Shown here: positions 38,737 to 48,241 of the stretch, one piece after another
How positions within the stretch are numbered: the first letter of the stretch is position 1
Layout of the letters: the number at the start of each line of letters is the position of its first letter
Assembly (NCBI GenBank): GCA_036676395.1
Contig: JAKFCY010000002.1
Location: forward strand, 1,184,001 to 1,248,000
Length of the DNA: 64,000 nt
Direction of reading: 5' to 3'
Origin: Bdellovibrio sp.
GTDB lineage: Bacteria > Bdellovibrionota > Bdellovibrionia > Bdellovibrionales > Bdellovibrionaceae
Notes under the pieces: model-generated
Told to the model about the DNA's origin: nothing
What the model saw: only the letters and a program-made list of their open reading frames with translations
The model's database searches: none
Position numbers and translations under genes: made by a program

Positions 38737-39332
38737 GATCCTTTAAATTTTTCCATAGTTTCTTGTGCTCCAGAATTTACCTGTGAGCGCTTAAGAACTT
38801 TAACTGCGGTCAAATATAGAATTTTGAAATCTAAAAATATACTCCAGTTATCGACGTACCAAATATCTAGTGCGAACTTTTTCTCCCAGCTAATGGCATT
38901 ACGGCCATTTACTTGCGCCCAGCCGGTGATACCTGGCTTAACTAGATGGCGACGTTGTTGATCTGAGTTATAAAGCGATAAGTACTCAACTAGCAGTGGG
39001 CGCGGTCCGACAAGACTAAGTTCGCCTCGTAAAACATTAAAAAGCTGTGGGAGTTCGTCTAGTGAAGTTTTTCGCATAAAGCTTCCGACTTTGGTCATGC
39101 GTTGAAAATCGGTCAAACCTTCTATGGTTTGGCGGCGCATAGTTCTGAATTTGTAAATTTTGAAAATTTTACCGTTTAAGCCGGGACGATCCTGAGTGAA
39201 TAAGATTGGGCGTCCATCTATCAATAAAATGCAAAGACTGCAGAGTAGGATTAAAGGGCTAAACATAACTAGCAGGATTAGTGCCGTTGAAAAATCGAAG
39301 ATATTTTTGATCAAATGTTGAAAGTTATTCAT
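38733..39332 (-). CDS. Monotopic phosphoglycosyl transferase (PglC-like)
   Basis: 199 aa; [30 protein letters not shown]. Confidence 0.92.
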   Translation of the reverse strand: MNNFQHLIKNIFDFSTALILLVMFSPLILLCSLCILLIDGRPILFTQDRPGLNGKIFKIYKFRTMRRQTIEGLTDFQRMTKVGSFMRKTSLDELPQLFNVLRGELSLVGPRPLLVEYLSLYNSDQQRRHLVKPGITGWAQVNGRNAISWEKKFALDIWYVDNWSIFLDFKILYLTAVKVLKRSQVNSGAQETMEKFKGS

Positions 39333-39492
39333 ATCGCGAATTATTTAACTTTTTTTGCGAGGGGCCAGCGGTGATAGTTCCTGAAAAAACGTTGATCATC
39401 TTTAGTATTTTACATTTAAGATCGAGTCGCGTGCAAAGATAAAGAAAGTTAAACTAGCTTGTGTGTTATCATCATTTAATGTAGAAAAAGGC

Positions 39493-41394
39493 ATGAGTAT
39501 ATATTTAGCAAAATTAGCCTATTTACCACGCAGAACAAAGATCATTGTGATGATGTTGGCAGATCTAGCTTTGCTTCCCTTGGCCTTATGGTCTTCTATT
39601 GCTCTTAGATTAGGAACTTTCAATCCGTATGTCTTTGATTATTGGTGGTTATTTTTAATTGTTCCTATTTGTACCGTGCCATTTTTTATTCGCCTAGGAC
39701 TATATCGTTCGGTTATTCGATTTTTAGATATTGAAATTATCAAGACTGTTTTTTATGGCGTAACATTATCGACCTTAACGCTAGTAGCGGTGTTATTAAT
39801 GACTCGTGCGGTAACATTTCCACGTTCATCGATTCTTATCTATTGGGTTATTTCAAGCGGATATATAGCCTTTAGCAGATACTTTGCAAGGGGTGTTTTG
39901 CGGTCGATTGAAAGAAAGCAAAAACGACGACAAAAGGTAGCCATTTATGGAGCTGGGCGTGCAGGCCTGCAAACAGCATTAGCGCTGATGTCTGGCCCCG
40001 AGTATTCACCGGTATTGTTTTTTGATGATAATCCTGAAATGCATGGCGCCCTGGTGGCGGGTATTCGAGTACACGATCCAGCACTCGCCCTTGAGATTAT
40101 GGACCGCGTAGATTGTTATCAGTTGTTATTGGCGCTACCATCGGCATCGCGAGTTCGCAAAAAAGAAATTATTAACAAATTTGAAGGCCAAAGCATTCAG
40201 TTAAAAACAATTCCGGGTCTTGGCGAATTAGTTACTGGAACGGTCATGATCGATGATATTCGCGAAGTCGGTGTTGAGGACTTGTTAGGGCGTGATCCAG
40301 TTCCGCCTTTTCAAGATTTAATCACTAGCTGTATTACCAATAAATCAGTTTTAGTCACGGGTGCTGGTGGTTCGATTGGATCAGAGTTGTGTCGCCAGAT
40401 TTTACTTAACAATCCGACAAAAATTATTCTCTACGAACGTTCTGAATACGCGCTTTATAAAATTGAACAAGAGCTCAAGAGAACCTTTATTGGTTCTGAA
40501 ACCGAAATTGTTCACGTCTTGGGTGACATTCAAGATCAGGCCTATCTTGAAAGTATTTTGGCGCAGTATCAGGTCGAAACAGTCTACCATGCGGCGGCCT
40601 ATAAGCATGTGCCACTGGTTGAGCGCAATATTGTTTCAAGTGTACAAAATAACGTCTTTGGAACTCTAAAAGTAGCACTGGCGTCAAAGCAGCAAAAGGT
40701 AAAAACTTGCGTGCTGATTTCAACTGACAAAGCTGTTCGTCCAACTAACGTAATGGGAGCTACAAAAAGATTAGCCGAGCTACTTTTGCAAGCCATGGCA
40801 AATGAAAAATCATCTACGCTGTATTGTATGGTTCGCTTCGGAAATGTTTTGGGTTCATCTGGTTCAGTTGTACCGCTATTTAAAGACCAAATTAAAATTG
40901 GTGGTCCGATTACAGTTACACATCCCAGCGTAACTCGTTATTTTATGACTATCACAGAAGCATCGCAGTTAGTGATTCAAGCCGGAGCCATGGGTGTGGG
41001 CGGCGATGTATTTGTTCTTGATATGGGTGAGTCTGTAAAAATTTACGATTTAGCCAAAAAGATGATCGAATTAAGCGGTCTTGAAGTTTATGATAAAGTA
41101 ACCGGTAAAGGTGATATTGCCATTGAGTTTACAGGTCTTCGTGCTGGTGAAAAGCTTTATGAAGAATTGTTAATTGGTAATAACGTGAGTAAAACTAATC
41201 ACCCTCGCATTATGCGCGCACAAGAAGATTATATTAGTTGGCCAGAACTTGAGGCTTATCTAGCACGATTAAATACATACTGCGTGCATGGTGATAGTAT
41301 TGCGATTTACTCACTACTACAAGAGATCGTTAAAGAATTTAAATCTCCAAGTTATGAAGCATTGCCATCAGTTAAATCGACAACCGACCATTAA
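39493..41394 (+). CDS. Membrane-bound UDP-GlcNAc 4,6-dehydratase (PglF/CapD/WbpM family)
   Basis: Four N-terminal TMs, TGAGGSIGSE, HAAAYKHVP, STDKAV.PTNVMGATK, RFGNVLGSSGSV, GEKLYEE. Confidence 0.93.
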   Translation: MSIYLAKLAYLPRRTKIIVMMLADLALLPLALWSSIALRLGTFNPYVFDYWWLFLIVPICTVPFFIRLGLYRSVIRFLDIEIIKTVFYGVTLSTLTLVAVLLMTRAVTFPRSSILIYWVISSGYIAFSRYFARGVLRSIERKQKRRQKVAIYGAGRAGLQTALALMSGPEYSPVLFFDDNPEMHGALVAGIRVHDPALALEIMDRVDCYQLLLALPSASRVRKKEIINKFEGQSIQLKTIPGLGELVTGTVMIDDIREVGVEDLLGRDPVPPFQDLITSCITNKSVLVTGAGGSIGSELCRQILLNNPTKIILYERSEYALYKIEQELKRTFIGSETEIVHVLGDIQDQAYLESILAQYQVETVYHAAAYKHVPLVERNIVSSVQNNVFGTLKVALASKQQKVKTCVLISTDKAVRPTNVMGATKRLAELLLQAMANEKSSTLYCMVRFGNVLGSSGSVVPLFKDQIKIGGPITVTHPSVTRYFMTITEASQLVIQAGAMGVGGDVFVLDMGESVKIYDLAKKMIELSGLEVYDKVTGKGDIAIEFTGLRAGEKLYEELLIGNNVSKTNHPRIMRAQEDYISWPELEAYLARLNTYCVHGDSIAIYSLLQEIVKEFKSPSYEALPSVKSTTDH

Positions 41395-41400
41395 TTTCAC

Positions 41401-42597
41401 CTAATGTATATGCAAATGCGCAGGACAATCTTCACTTAATGGTATTGTGATCTCTGGCAGAATGTTTTCAAGCAACAAGTCTTGAATTCGATCGCAAGCA
41501 CGGCCATCGCCAAACGGATTTTTTGCTTGGGCCATTTTTGTGTAAACATTTTCGTTGTCTAAAAGTTCAACTACCGTTGCTATAAATAATTCCTTCTGCA
41601 GCGGTACTAGTTTTGAAGTACCAGCGGCGATTGCTTCTGGGCGCTCGGTGTTTTCTCGAGCGATTAATACTGGTTTTCCGAGCGATGGAGCCTCTTCCTG
41701 AATGCCACCAGAGTCCGTAATAATAAAGTGGGCTTTATTCATTAAATAAACAAACGGAATATAATCAACCGGTTCGACTAAGTGGATATTCGCTGGGCAG
41801 TTAGAGAAAATATCTGCAGCTAACTTTCGAACTTCGGGATTTAGATGCAGCGGTATAACAAACTGAATATCACTGCGCTTGGCTAGCTCGAGTATGCTCA
41901 GCATGATGATTTTTATATTTTTTTCGAAAGATTCTCTGCGATGAAGAGTTACGAGAATTAGTTTTTTTGACATATCTAAAAAGCCAAATTGTGTTTGAAA
42001 GCTTTGGCTAAGTTCTGATGAATTTTCAATGCGATTTTTAACTTCAAATAAAGCATCAATTCCGGTGTTGCCAGTCACAAAAATTTTACTGTCGTCAGTA
42101 TGTTCGTGTAAAAGATTCTGCTTGGCTTCAATCGTTGGTGCTAAGTGCATATGTGTTATTAAAGACAAGGTTTTGCGATTGAATTCTTCTGGAAAGGGCG
42201 ACTGAATATCATGCGAGCGAAGGCCTGCTTCTAAGTGAATAATTTTAATTTTATTATAAAAAGCGACCATACCGCCGATGCAGCTGCTGGTGGTGTCGCC
42301 TTGAACGATGATGCTATCTATAGGTTTATTAGTCTGCTTTTGGATGTCGATGATATCCTGAACGCCAGCCATCACTCGCGTTGAAAGTGATGACAAGCTT
42401 TGGCCGGGTCTCATCAAGTCTAAATCAAAATCAGGTGTGATCTTGAAAAAATTTAGTAGTGGCTTAAGCATCTCTCGATGTTGGCCGGTAGAGCAGACTA
42501 AAACATTGTGTTGTAATGACTGCTTTAGTTTTAAGATGAGTGGGGCAACTTTAATAGCTTCTGGGCGAGTACCAAAAATAAATAAAAGTGTTTTCAT
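41401..42597 (-). CDS. wecB: UDP-N-acetylglucosamine 2-epimerase (non-hydrolysing)
   Basis: GTRPEAIK, TGQHRE, QGDT, HLEAGLRS, PFPEE, DSGGIQEEAP, NPFGDG. Confidence 0.95.
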   Translation of the reverse strand: MKTLLFIFGTRPEAIKVAPLILKLKQSLQHNVLVCSTGQHREMLKPLLNFFKITPDFDLDLMRPGQSLSSLSTRVMAGVQDIIDIQKQTNKPIDSIIVQGDTTSSCIGGMVAFYNKIKIIHLEAGLRSHDIQSPFPEEFNRKTLSLITHMHLAPTIEAKQNLLHEHTDDSKIFVTGNTGIDALFEVKNRIENSSELSQSFQTQFGFLDMSKKLILVTLHRRESFEKNIKIIMLSILELAKRSDIQFVIPLHLNPEVRKLAADIFSNCPANIHLVEPVDYIPFVYLMNKAHFIITDSGGIQEEAPSLGKPVLIARENTERPEAIAAGTSKLVPLQKELFIATVVELLDNENVYTKMAQAKNPFGDGRACDRIQDLLLENILPEITIPLSEDCPAHLHIH

Positions 42598-42605
42598 GAA
42601 AATAA

Positions 42606-42634
42606 ACACTAGTGAATGAAACAGATCTAATCAA
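42606..42634 (-). promoter_or_regulatory. Putative sigma70 promoter of wecB
   Basis: Minus strand: TTGATT (42634-42629), 17 nt spacer, TAGTGT (42611-42606); ATG 8 nt later, no SD. Confidence 0.45.
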
Positions 42635-42722
42635 AAATATATTCTAAAGCGGGAAATTTGCTCTTTAACTGCGGCGAGATGACTCGCGAAATGTACCGTT
42701 ACGCTACGGGGCAATAGCCTTG

Positions 42723-43949
42723 TTAGCCCTTTAACATTTTCAGGGTGATTTCTTTGCCAAGAGTTACACCAGGCTGATCAAAAGCGTTGATATTTTCATG
42801 TTCGCCAAGAGTCGCAACAACAAGCTGAAAAAACATAAATAAATAACCTAATGATTTAGCTTTGTTCGAATCATCGACTGTGAAAAATTCGCACGATACG
42901 CCGTTTTGTTTTAGTGCTTCGTAAGTAGCTTTTGATTGGCAGGCAATCAGTTCGCCGTAATTGCGACCTTGCATAAATTTGATTTCGTCAAAAAGAACAC
43001 TTGGAACGGTTACTCCAGAATTTTCAACAGAGTTAAAATTAAAAAAGCAGACGAATTTATTTTTTGGTCCATGTGCTACTTGTTGTAAAATTGAGTGTTG
43101 ATCGCAAGAGCCGATGGCGATCATTGGCGTACTAAAACCAGGTGCTGGTTTTCCATTACGATCAGTTTTTTTACCAAGTGATTCAGCCCAAAGTTGTTGT
43201 AACCAGCTGCCGAACCAACGAAAACTAGAATTGTAAAACCAAAATAGCGTGATATTTTCATCACGTTTAAATGAGTTTAAAAATGAATCGCAAATAGAAG
43301 CAATTTTAAACTTTTCTTCTAAAGCAGCTGCTGCGCCGGCTTGCATCGCTTTAGAGTCTAAGCCGCAAATTTCGGCGATCACCAAGCCAACCGGCGATAG
43401 CACTGAAAAGCGGCCACCAATATCTATAGGAACTTCAAGTAATGGGCGATTGTGCATACGGGCAAAGTTAGCCAATGGGTTTGGGGTTAATTCGCTGATA
43501 AAGTAACTTTGCTGAATGATGTCACACTTCAGCGCTTTTGCTAGATTTTCTAGCTGTGAATAGTTCCATAGAATCTCAATGGTAGAGCCAGATTTTGAAA
43601 TACAGATAAATGCAGTTTTTGATAAATGTGATTTAACGCTGTTCCAAATGGTCGTAAATTCTGCAGAGTCGACATTATCTAAAAAATGCACATTCGTTTT
43701 GCCACTTAGCTCAGTGATGCAGCGTGCGCCCATAGAGCTGCCGCCAATGCCGATAAGAACAAAGTGCGTGTATTTAGCAACTAGTTCAGCGCCTAAGGCC
43801 TTAGAGCTGTTATGATAAACATCAGATGTTGCCAAGCGAGTAAACGCTAAATTTGGCCATATTTGGTCAATTTTGTCAGTGATAGAACGGTTAACAATTT
43901 CTGAATTAGAAGTCGAATTGTCATTGAATTTTAAAATGCTGGAAATCAT
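42723..43949 (-). CDS. pgi: Glucose-6-phosphate isomerase (short type)
   Basis: GIGGS, SKSGSTIE, GGRFSV, QLWAESLGK, DQHS, FDQPGV..GK. Confidence 0.93.
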   Translation of the reverse strand: MISSILKFNDNSTSNSEIVNRSITDKIDQIWPNLAFTRLATSDVYHNSSKALGAELVAKYTHFVLIGIGGSSMGARCITELSGKTNVHFLDNVDSAEFTTIWNSVKSHLSKTAFICISKSGSTIEILWNYSQLENLAKALKCDIIQQSYFISELTPNPLANFARMHNRPLLEVPIDIGGRFSVLSPVGLVIAEICGLDSKAMQAGAAAALEEKFKIASICDSFLNSFKRDENITLFWFYNSSFRWFGSWLQQLWAESLGKKTDRNGKPAPGFSTPMIAIGSCDQHSILQQVAHGPKNKFVCFFNFNSVENSGVTVPSVLFDEIKFMQGRNYGELIACQSKATYEALKQNGVSCEFFTVDDSNKAKSLGYLFMFFQLVVATLGEHENINAFDQPGVTLGKEITLKMLKG

Positions 43950-43957
43950 ATGCCATC

Positions 43958-43986
43958 AGACTAGCAACTTAAAAAAAATGACGCAA
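43958..43986 (-). promoter_or_regulatory. Putative sigma70 promoter of pgi
   Basis: Minus strand: TTGCGT (43986-43981), 17 nt spacer, TAGTCT (43963-43958) preceded by TG; ATG 8 nt later, no SD. Confidence 0.5.
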
Positions 43987-44054
43987 GTAAGATAATAAGT
44001 TGATAAAAATGTAATTTAATTTATTATTTTGTCTTCGATAGAATCGAGGTTGTT

Positions 44055-45155
44055 GTGAATAAATCAAATGCCAAAAAAGTTGCATTAATCACTGGAGTTA
44101 CTGGGCAGGATGGGGCTTACCTTTCTGAGCTGTTGTTGTCTAAAAATTATGAAGTTCATGGTATCAAAAGAAGAACGTCTTTGTTTAATACAGACCGTAT
44201 TGATCATCTTTTTGAAAAATCGAACACGGCAGGAATGCCATTTCACCTGCATCACGGCGACATGACTGATTCGTCATCGTTATTGCGCATTATTCAATTA
44301 GTGCAACCTGATGAAATTTACAATTTAGCAGCGCAAAGTCACGTGGCCGTATCTTTTGAAGAACCTGAATACACAGCAAATTCTGATGCTTTGGGCGCAC
44401 TTCGTATTTTAGAAGCTATTCGTATTTTGGGTTTAACTAAAAAAACAAAATTTTACCAAGCTTCAACTTCTGAGTTGTACGGCTTAGTGCAAGAAATTCC
44501 ACAAAAAGAAACTACGCCTTTTTACCCACGGTCTCCGTATGCGGTTGCAAAAATGTATGCCTACTGGATTACGATCAATTACCGTGAAGCTTACGGAATT
44601 TACGGCTGTAACGGTATTCTATTCAATCATGAAAGCCCACTGCGCGGTGAAACTTTCGTGACTCGTAAAATCACGCGTGCATTAGCGCGCATTAAATTAG
44701 GTACCCAAGAGATTTTAACTTTAGGAAACATGGATTCATTACGTGACTGGGGCCATGCAAAAGATTACGTCGAAATGATGTGGTTAATGTTACAACAAGA
44801 TACTCCTGAAGATTTCGTCATCGCAACAGGTCAGCAACAAAGCGTACGTGAGTTCGTGAATTTAGCTGCCCTTGAATTAGGTATCAAAATCAGATGGGAA
44901 GGTTCTGGTGTTGACGAAAAAGGCTACGATGTAGCTACTGGTCGTTGCATTGTGGCTGTTGATAGTAAGTACTTTCGCCCAACTGAAGTTGAAACTTTAT
45001 TAGGTGATGCGACTAAAGCGCGTACCAAATTAAAATGGACACCTAAAATCACTTTTGCTGAGCTAGTTAAAGAAATGGTTAAGTCTGACATGATCGTTGC
45101 TGAAAACGAAGTGAAGCACGGAACTCTTAAAAAAATCATGAGAGTTGAGTTGTAA
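44055..45155 (+). CDS. gmd: GDP-mannose 4,6-dehydratase
   Basis: [42 protein letters not shown]. Confidence 0.98.
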   Translation: MNKSNAKKVALITGVTGQDGAYLSELLLSKNYEVHGIKRRTSLFNTDRIDHLFEKSNTAGMPFHLHHGDMTDSSSLLRIIQLVQPDEIYNLAAQSHVAVSFEEPEYTANSDALGALRILEAIRILGLTKKTKFYQASTSELYGLVQEIPQKETTPFYPRSPYAVAKMYAYWITINYREAYGIYGCNGILFNHESPLRGETFVTRKITRALARIKLGTQEILTLGNMDSLRDWGHAKDYVEMMWLMLQQDTPEDFVIATGQQQSVREFVNLAALELGIKIRWEGSGVDEKGYDVATGRCIVAVDSKYFRPTEVETLLGDATKARTKLKWTPKITFAELVKEMVKSDMIVAENEVKHGTLKKIMRVEL

Positions 45156-45158
45156 GTT

Positions 45159-46082
45159 ATGAAAATATTGATCACCGGATCTGGTGGTATGGTTGGTCAA
45201 AATTTAGCGTTTCATAGCGGTTTAAGATCGCATGAGCTTCTTACTCCAAAACGTGGCGAACTAGATCTAAAAAATTATGCTGATGTTGCTCATTATCTAA
45301 AAAAAAATCAGCCTGAAATGATTATTCATACGGCGGGTCGTGTTGGTGGTATTCAAGCCAACGTGGCTCACCCGGTAGATTTTTTAATTGAAAATATCGA
45401 TATCAATCGCAATGTTATTTTAGCAGCACAAAAAGCTGAGGTAAAAAAATTGATTAATTTGGGTAGCTCTTGCATGTACCCAAGAAATGCCCACAATCCG
45501 CTGACAGAAGATCTGATTTTAAAGGGTGAACTAGAACCTACCAACGAAGGTTATGCTTTAGCAAAAATCTTTTCGCAAAGATTATGTCAGTACATTCAAA
45601 AAGAACATCCAGAATTTAAATATAAAACTTTAGTGCCTTGTAATTTGTACGGCGAATACGATAAATTTAGTCCCGAGCATTCGCATTTAATTCCGGCAGT
45701 GATTCGTAAACTTCATCTTGCAAAAGAAAATTCAACTTCTGAAGTTGATATTTGGGGCGACGGAACTGCACGCCGCGAATTTATGTATGTCGGAGACCTT
45801 GCTGATTGTATTTGGCAAGCGGTGAACAAATTTGATTCAATGCCAGATTTAATGAACGTCGGCCTTGGTTTTGATTATTCAGTGAATGAGTATTACGAAG
45901 CCGCAAGTAAAGTGATCGGCTATCAAGGCAAATTTGTTCATGATTTAACTAAACCTGTTGGTATGAAGCAAAAATTAGTTTGTACCGCGCGCGCGACTGA
46001 ATGGGGCTGGAAGGCAAGTCATTCGTTACAACAGGGTTTAGAAAAAACTTATAAACATTTTTTAACTTTAACGAATAAATAA
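45159..46082 (+). CDS. GDP-L-fucose synthase / GDP-colitose synthase (Fcl/ColC family)
   Basis: GRVGGI.AN, GSSCMYP, LEPTNEGYALAK, SHLIPA, WGDG..RREF. Confidence 0.9.
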   Translation: MKILITGSGGMVGQNLAFHSGLRSHELLTPKRGELDLKNYADVAHYLKKNQPEMIIHTAGRVGGIQANVAHPVDFLIENIDINRNVILAAQKAEVKKLINLGSSCMYPRNAHNPLTEDLILKGELEPTNEGYALAKIFSQRLCQYIQKEHPEFKYKTLVPCNLYGEYDKFSPEHSHLIPAVIRKLHLAKENSTSEVDIWGDGTARREFMYVGDLADCIWQAVNKFDSMPDLMNVGLGFDYSVNEYYEAASKVIGYQGKFVHDLTKPVGMKQKLVCTARATEWGWKASHSLQQGLEKTYKHFLTLTNK

Positions 46083-46094
46083 TAAAGGATTGTT

Positions 46095-47255
46095 ATGAAT
46101 TTTTATCCTCTAGCATCTACAACTTGGGATCAGGCTGAACTAGATGCCATTCAAAGCGTAATTTCTAAAGGTATGTACAGCATGAGTACTGCTGTAGCTC
46201 AATGTGAAAAAGATTTCGCAGCTTATGCTAAATCAAAATATTGTGTGATGGTAAGTTCTGGTTCAACAGCGAACCTAATTATGGTTGCCTCTTTATTTTA
46301 CCGTAAAAATAATCCATTAAAACGCGGTGATGAAGTTATCGTGCCGGCAGTTTCTTGGAGTACGACATATTATCCACTGTATCAGTACGGATTAAAATTA
46401 AAATTCGTAGACATCGATCTAGAGACTTTAAACTTTGATCTTAAGGCCTTAGAAGGCGCGATCACTGATAAAACTCGTTTGATCATGGCTGTTAATCTTT
46501 TGGGAAATCCAAATGATTTCGCGCAGATCGAAAAACTAACTCAAGGTAAAAATATTGAATTAATCGAAGACAACTGTGAATCGATGGGCGCAACATTCAA
46601 TGGTAAACAGGCGGGCACTTTCGGTTCTATGGGAACATTCAGTTGTTTCTTCAGTCACCACATCTCAACGATGGAAGGTGGCTTTGTGGTTACTGACGAT
46701 GAAGAGCTTTACCATATTTTATTATGTTTACGCGCGCATGGCTGGACTCGTAATTTACCTAAAGAAAATCATGTGACCGGAACTAAGAGTGATAACGCAT
46801 TTGTTGAATCGTTTAAATTCGTATTACCTGGATACAATGTTCGCCCATTAGAGATGAGTGGCGCCATTGGTAGCCAACAAATTAAAAAATTACCTAATTT
46901 TATTAATGTTCGTCGTGATAATGCCAAGTATTTTCAAGAGCAGTTTGCTAATCACCCAGACTTTATTATTCAAAAAGAAGTGGGCGAAAGTAGCTGGTTT
47001 GGCTTTAGCTTTGTTATTCGTCCAGGTTCAAAAATTAACCGTCTTGAATTTATCGATCATTTAACTAAAAACGGTGTTGAATGTCGTCCGATCGTGACTG
47101 GCAACTTTGCTAAAAATGATGTTTTAAAATGGTTTGATTATGAAATTCATGGTGAACTGAAAAATGCTGATCGTATTGATGAGCATGGGTTCTTTGTTGG
47201 AAATCATCAAAATCCAATGCGTGAGCAAATTAAGCAGCTTAGAAACTTGTTTTAA
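46095..47255 (+). CDS. colD: GDP-4-keto-6-deoxy-D-mannose 3-dehydratase (ColD-like)
   Basis: DegT fold with His in place of the PLP Lys (FSCFFSHHISTMEGG), EDNCES, RAHGW, PGYNVRP; follows gmd and fcl/colC. Confidence 0.85.
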   Translation: MNFYPLASTTWDQAELDAIQSVISKGMYSMSTAVAQCEKDFAAYAKSKYCVMVSSGSTANLIMVASLFYRKNNPLKRGDEVIVPAVSWSTTYYPLYQYGLKLKFVDIDLETLNFDLKALEGAITDKTRLIMAVNLLGNPNDFAQIEKLTQGKNIELIEDNCESMGATFNGKQAGTFGSMGTFSCFFSHHISTMEGGFVVTDDEELYHILLCLRAHGWTRNLPKENHVTGTKSDNAFVESFKFVLPGYNVRPLEMSGAIGSQQIKKLPNFINVRRDNAKYFQEQFANHPDFIIQKEVGESSWFGFSFVIRPGSKINRLEFIDHLTKNGVECRPIVTGNFAKNDVLKWFDYEIHGELKNADRIDEHGFFVGNHQNPMREQIKQLRNLF

Positions 47256-48241
47256 TGAAAATACTTTTTGTCGATCTTAAATACGATTATGGTAACCCAA
47301 GACGTGGTATGAATCTTATTGGTGAGATCGGCTATCATCAAGTTTTTAAATCTTTAGGTCATGAAGTAGTGCCTTTTTATTATGACGAATACTTAGGTCA
47401 GGCGCATTTGAAAGCGAAGCTACAAACAGACTTATTAGAATTTGCTGAAGAGCAAAAGCCAGACCTTGTTTATTTTATTTTATTTCAAAATCAGTTTGAA
47501 TTTTCGACTTTAAAAAAACTGAAAGAAAAATACACCACCATGAATTGGTTCGGTGATGATCAATGGCGCTTTGAGATTTTTACGAAAAAATATGCGCCGT
47601 ATTTTACTTTAAATATCACAACTGATTATTTTGCGCTTCCTAAATACAAGGCTTTGGGCTTGCCAGTGGTCTATAGCCAATGGGCAGCATTTAACTATCC
47701 TGTCGAGTACTCAGATCTTGTAGATTATAAATACGATGTCAGTTTTATTGGGGCTAACAATTCTGTGCGCACCTGGATGATTGCTGAATTTAAAAAAGCC
47801 GGCATCAATGTAAATTGTTTTGGCTTTAATTGGCCTCAAGGCTCAGTAAGTCTTGATCAGATGGTTGAAATTTTTAAAACCAGCAAGGTAAATTTAAATT
47901 TATCTAATAGTATGACCTACGATTTGCGCTATTTAACCCATAGCTGGAAAAACCCACTTATCGCCCTTCGTAGTCCAAAAACTGCAAGTCAAATGAAAGC
48001 CCGTAATTTTGAAATTCCTTATTATGGTGGATTTCAGCTGACTGACTATGTGCCGACGTTAGAACATTATTTTCATATTGGCGAAGAAGCCATTTGCTAT
48101 TCGACCTTAAAAGAAGCGATTGATTTAACTAAGTTTTATCTGCAAAACGACGACTTGCGCGAGGCCGTTCGTAAGAAAAGCCATCTTCGTGCCGTCAATG
48201 AGCATACATATCGGCATAGACATGAAAAAATTCTTAAGTAA
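47255..48241 (+). CDS. CgeB-like glycosyltransferase
   Basis: WFGDD, YDVSFIG, KARNFEIP..GGF, EHTY.HR. Confidence 0.8.
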   Translation: MKILFVDLKYDYGNPRRGMNLIGEIGYHQVFKSLGHEVVPFYYDEYLGQAHLKAKLQTDLLEFAEEQKPDLVYFILFQNQFEFSTLKKLKEKYTTMNWFGDDQWRFEIFTKKYAPYFTLNITTDYFALPKYKALGLPVVYSQWAAFNYPVEYSDLVDYKYDVSFIGANNSVRTWMIAEFKKAGINVNCFGFNWPQGSVSLDQMVEIFKTSKVNLNLSNSMTYDLRYLTHSWKNPLIALRSPKTASQMKARNFEIPYYGGFQLTDYVPTLEHYFHIGEEAICYSTLKEAIDLTKFYLQNDDLREAVRKKSHLRAVNEHTYRHRHEKILK

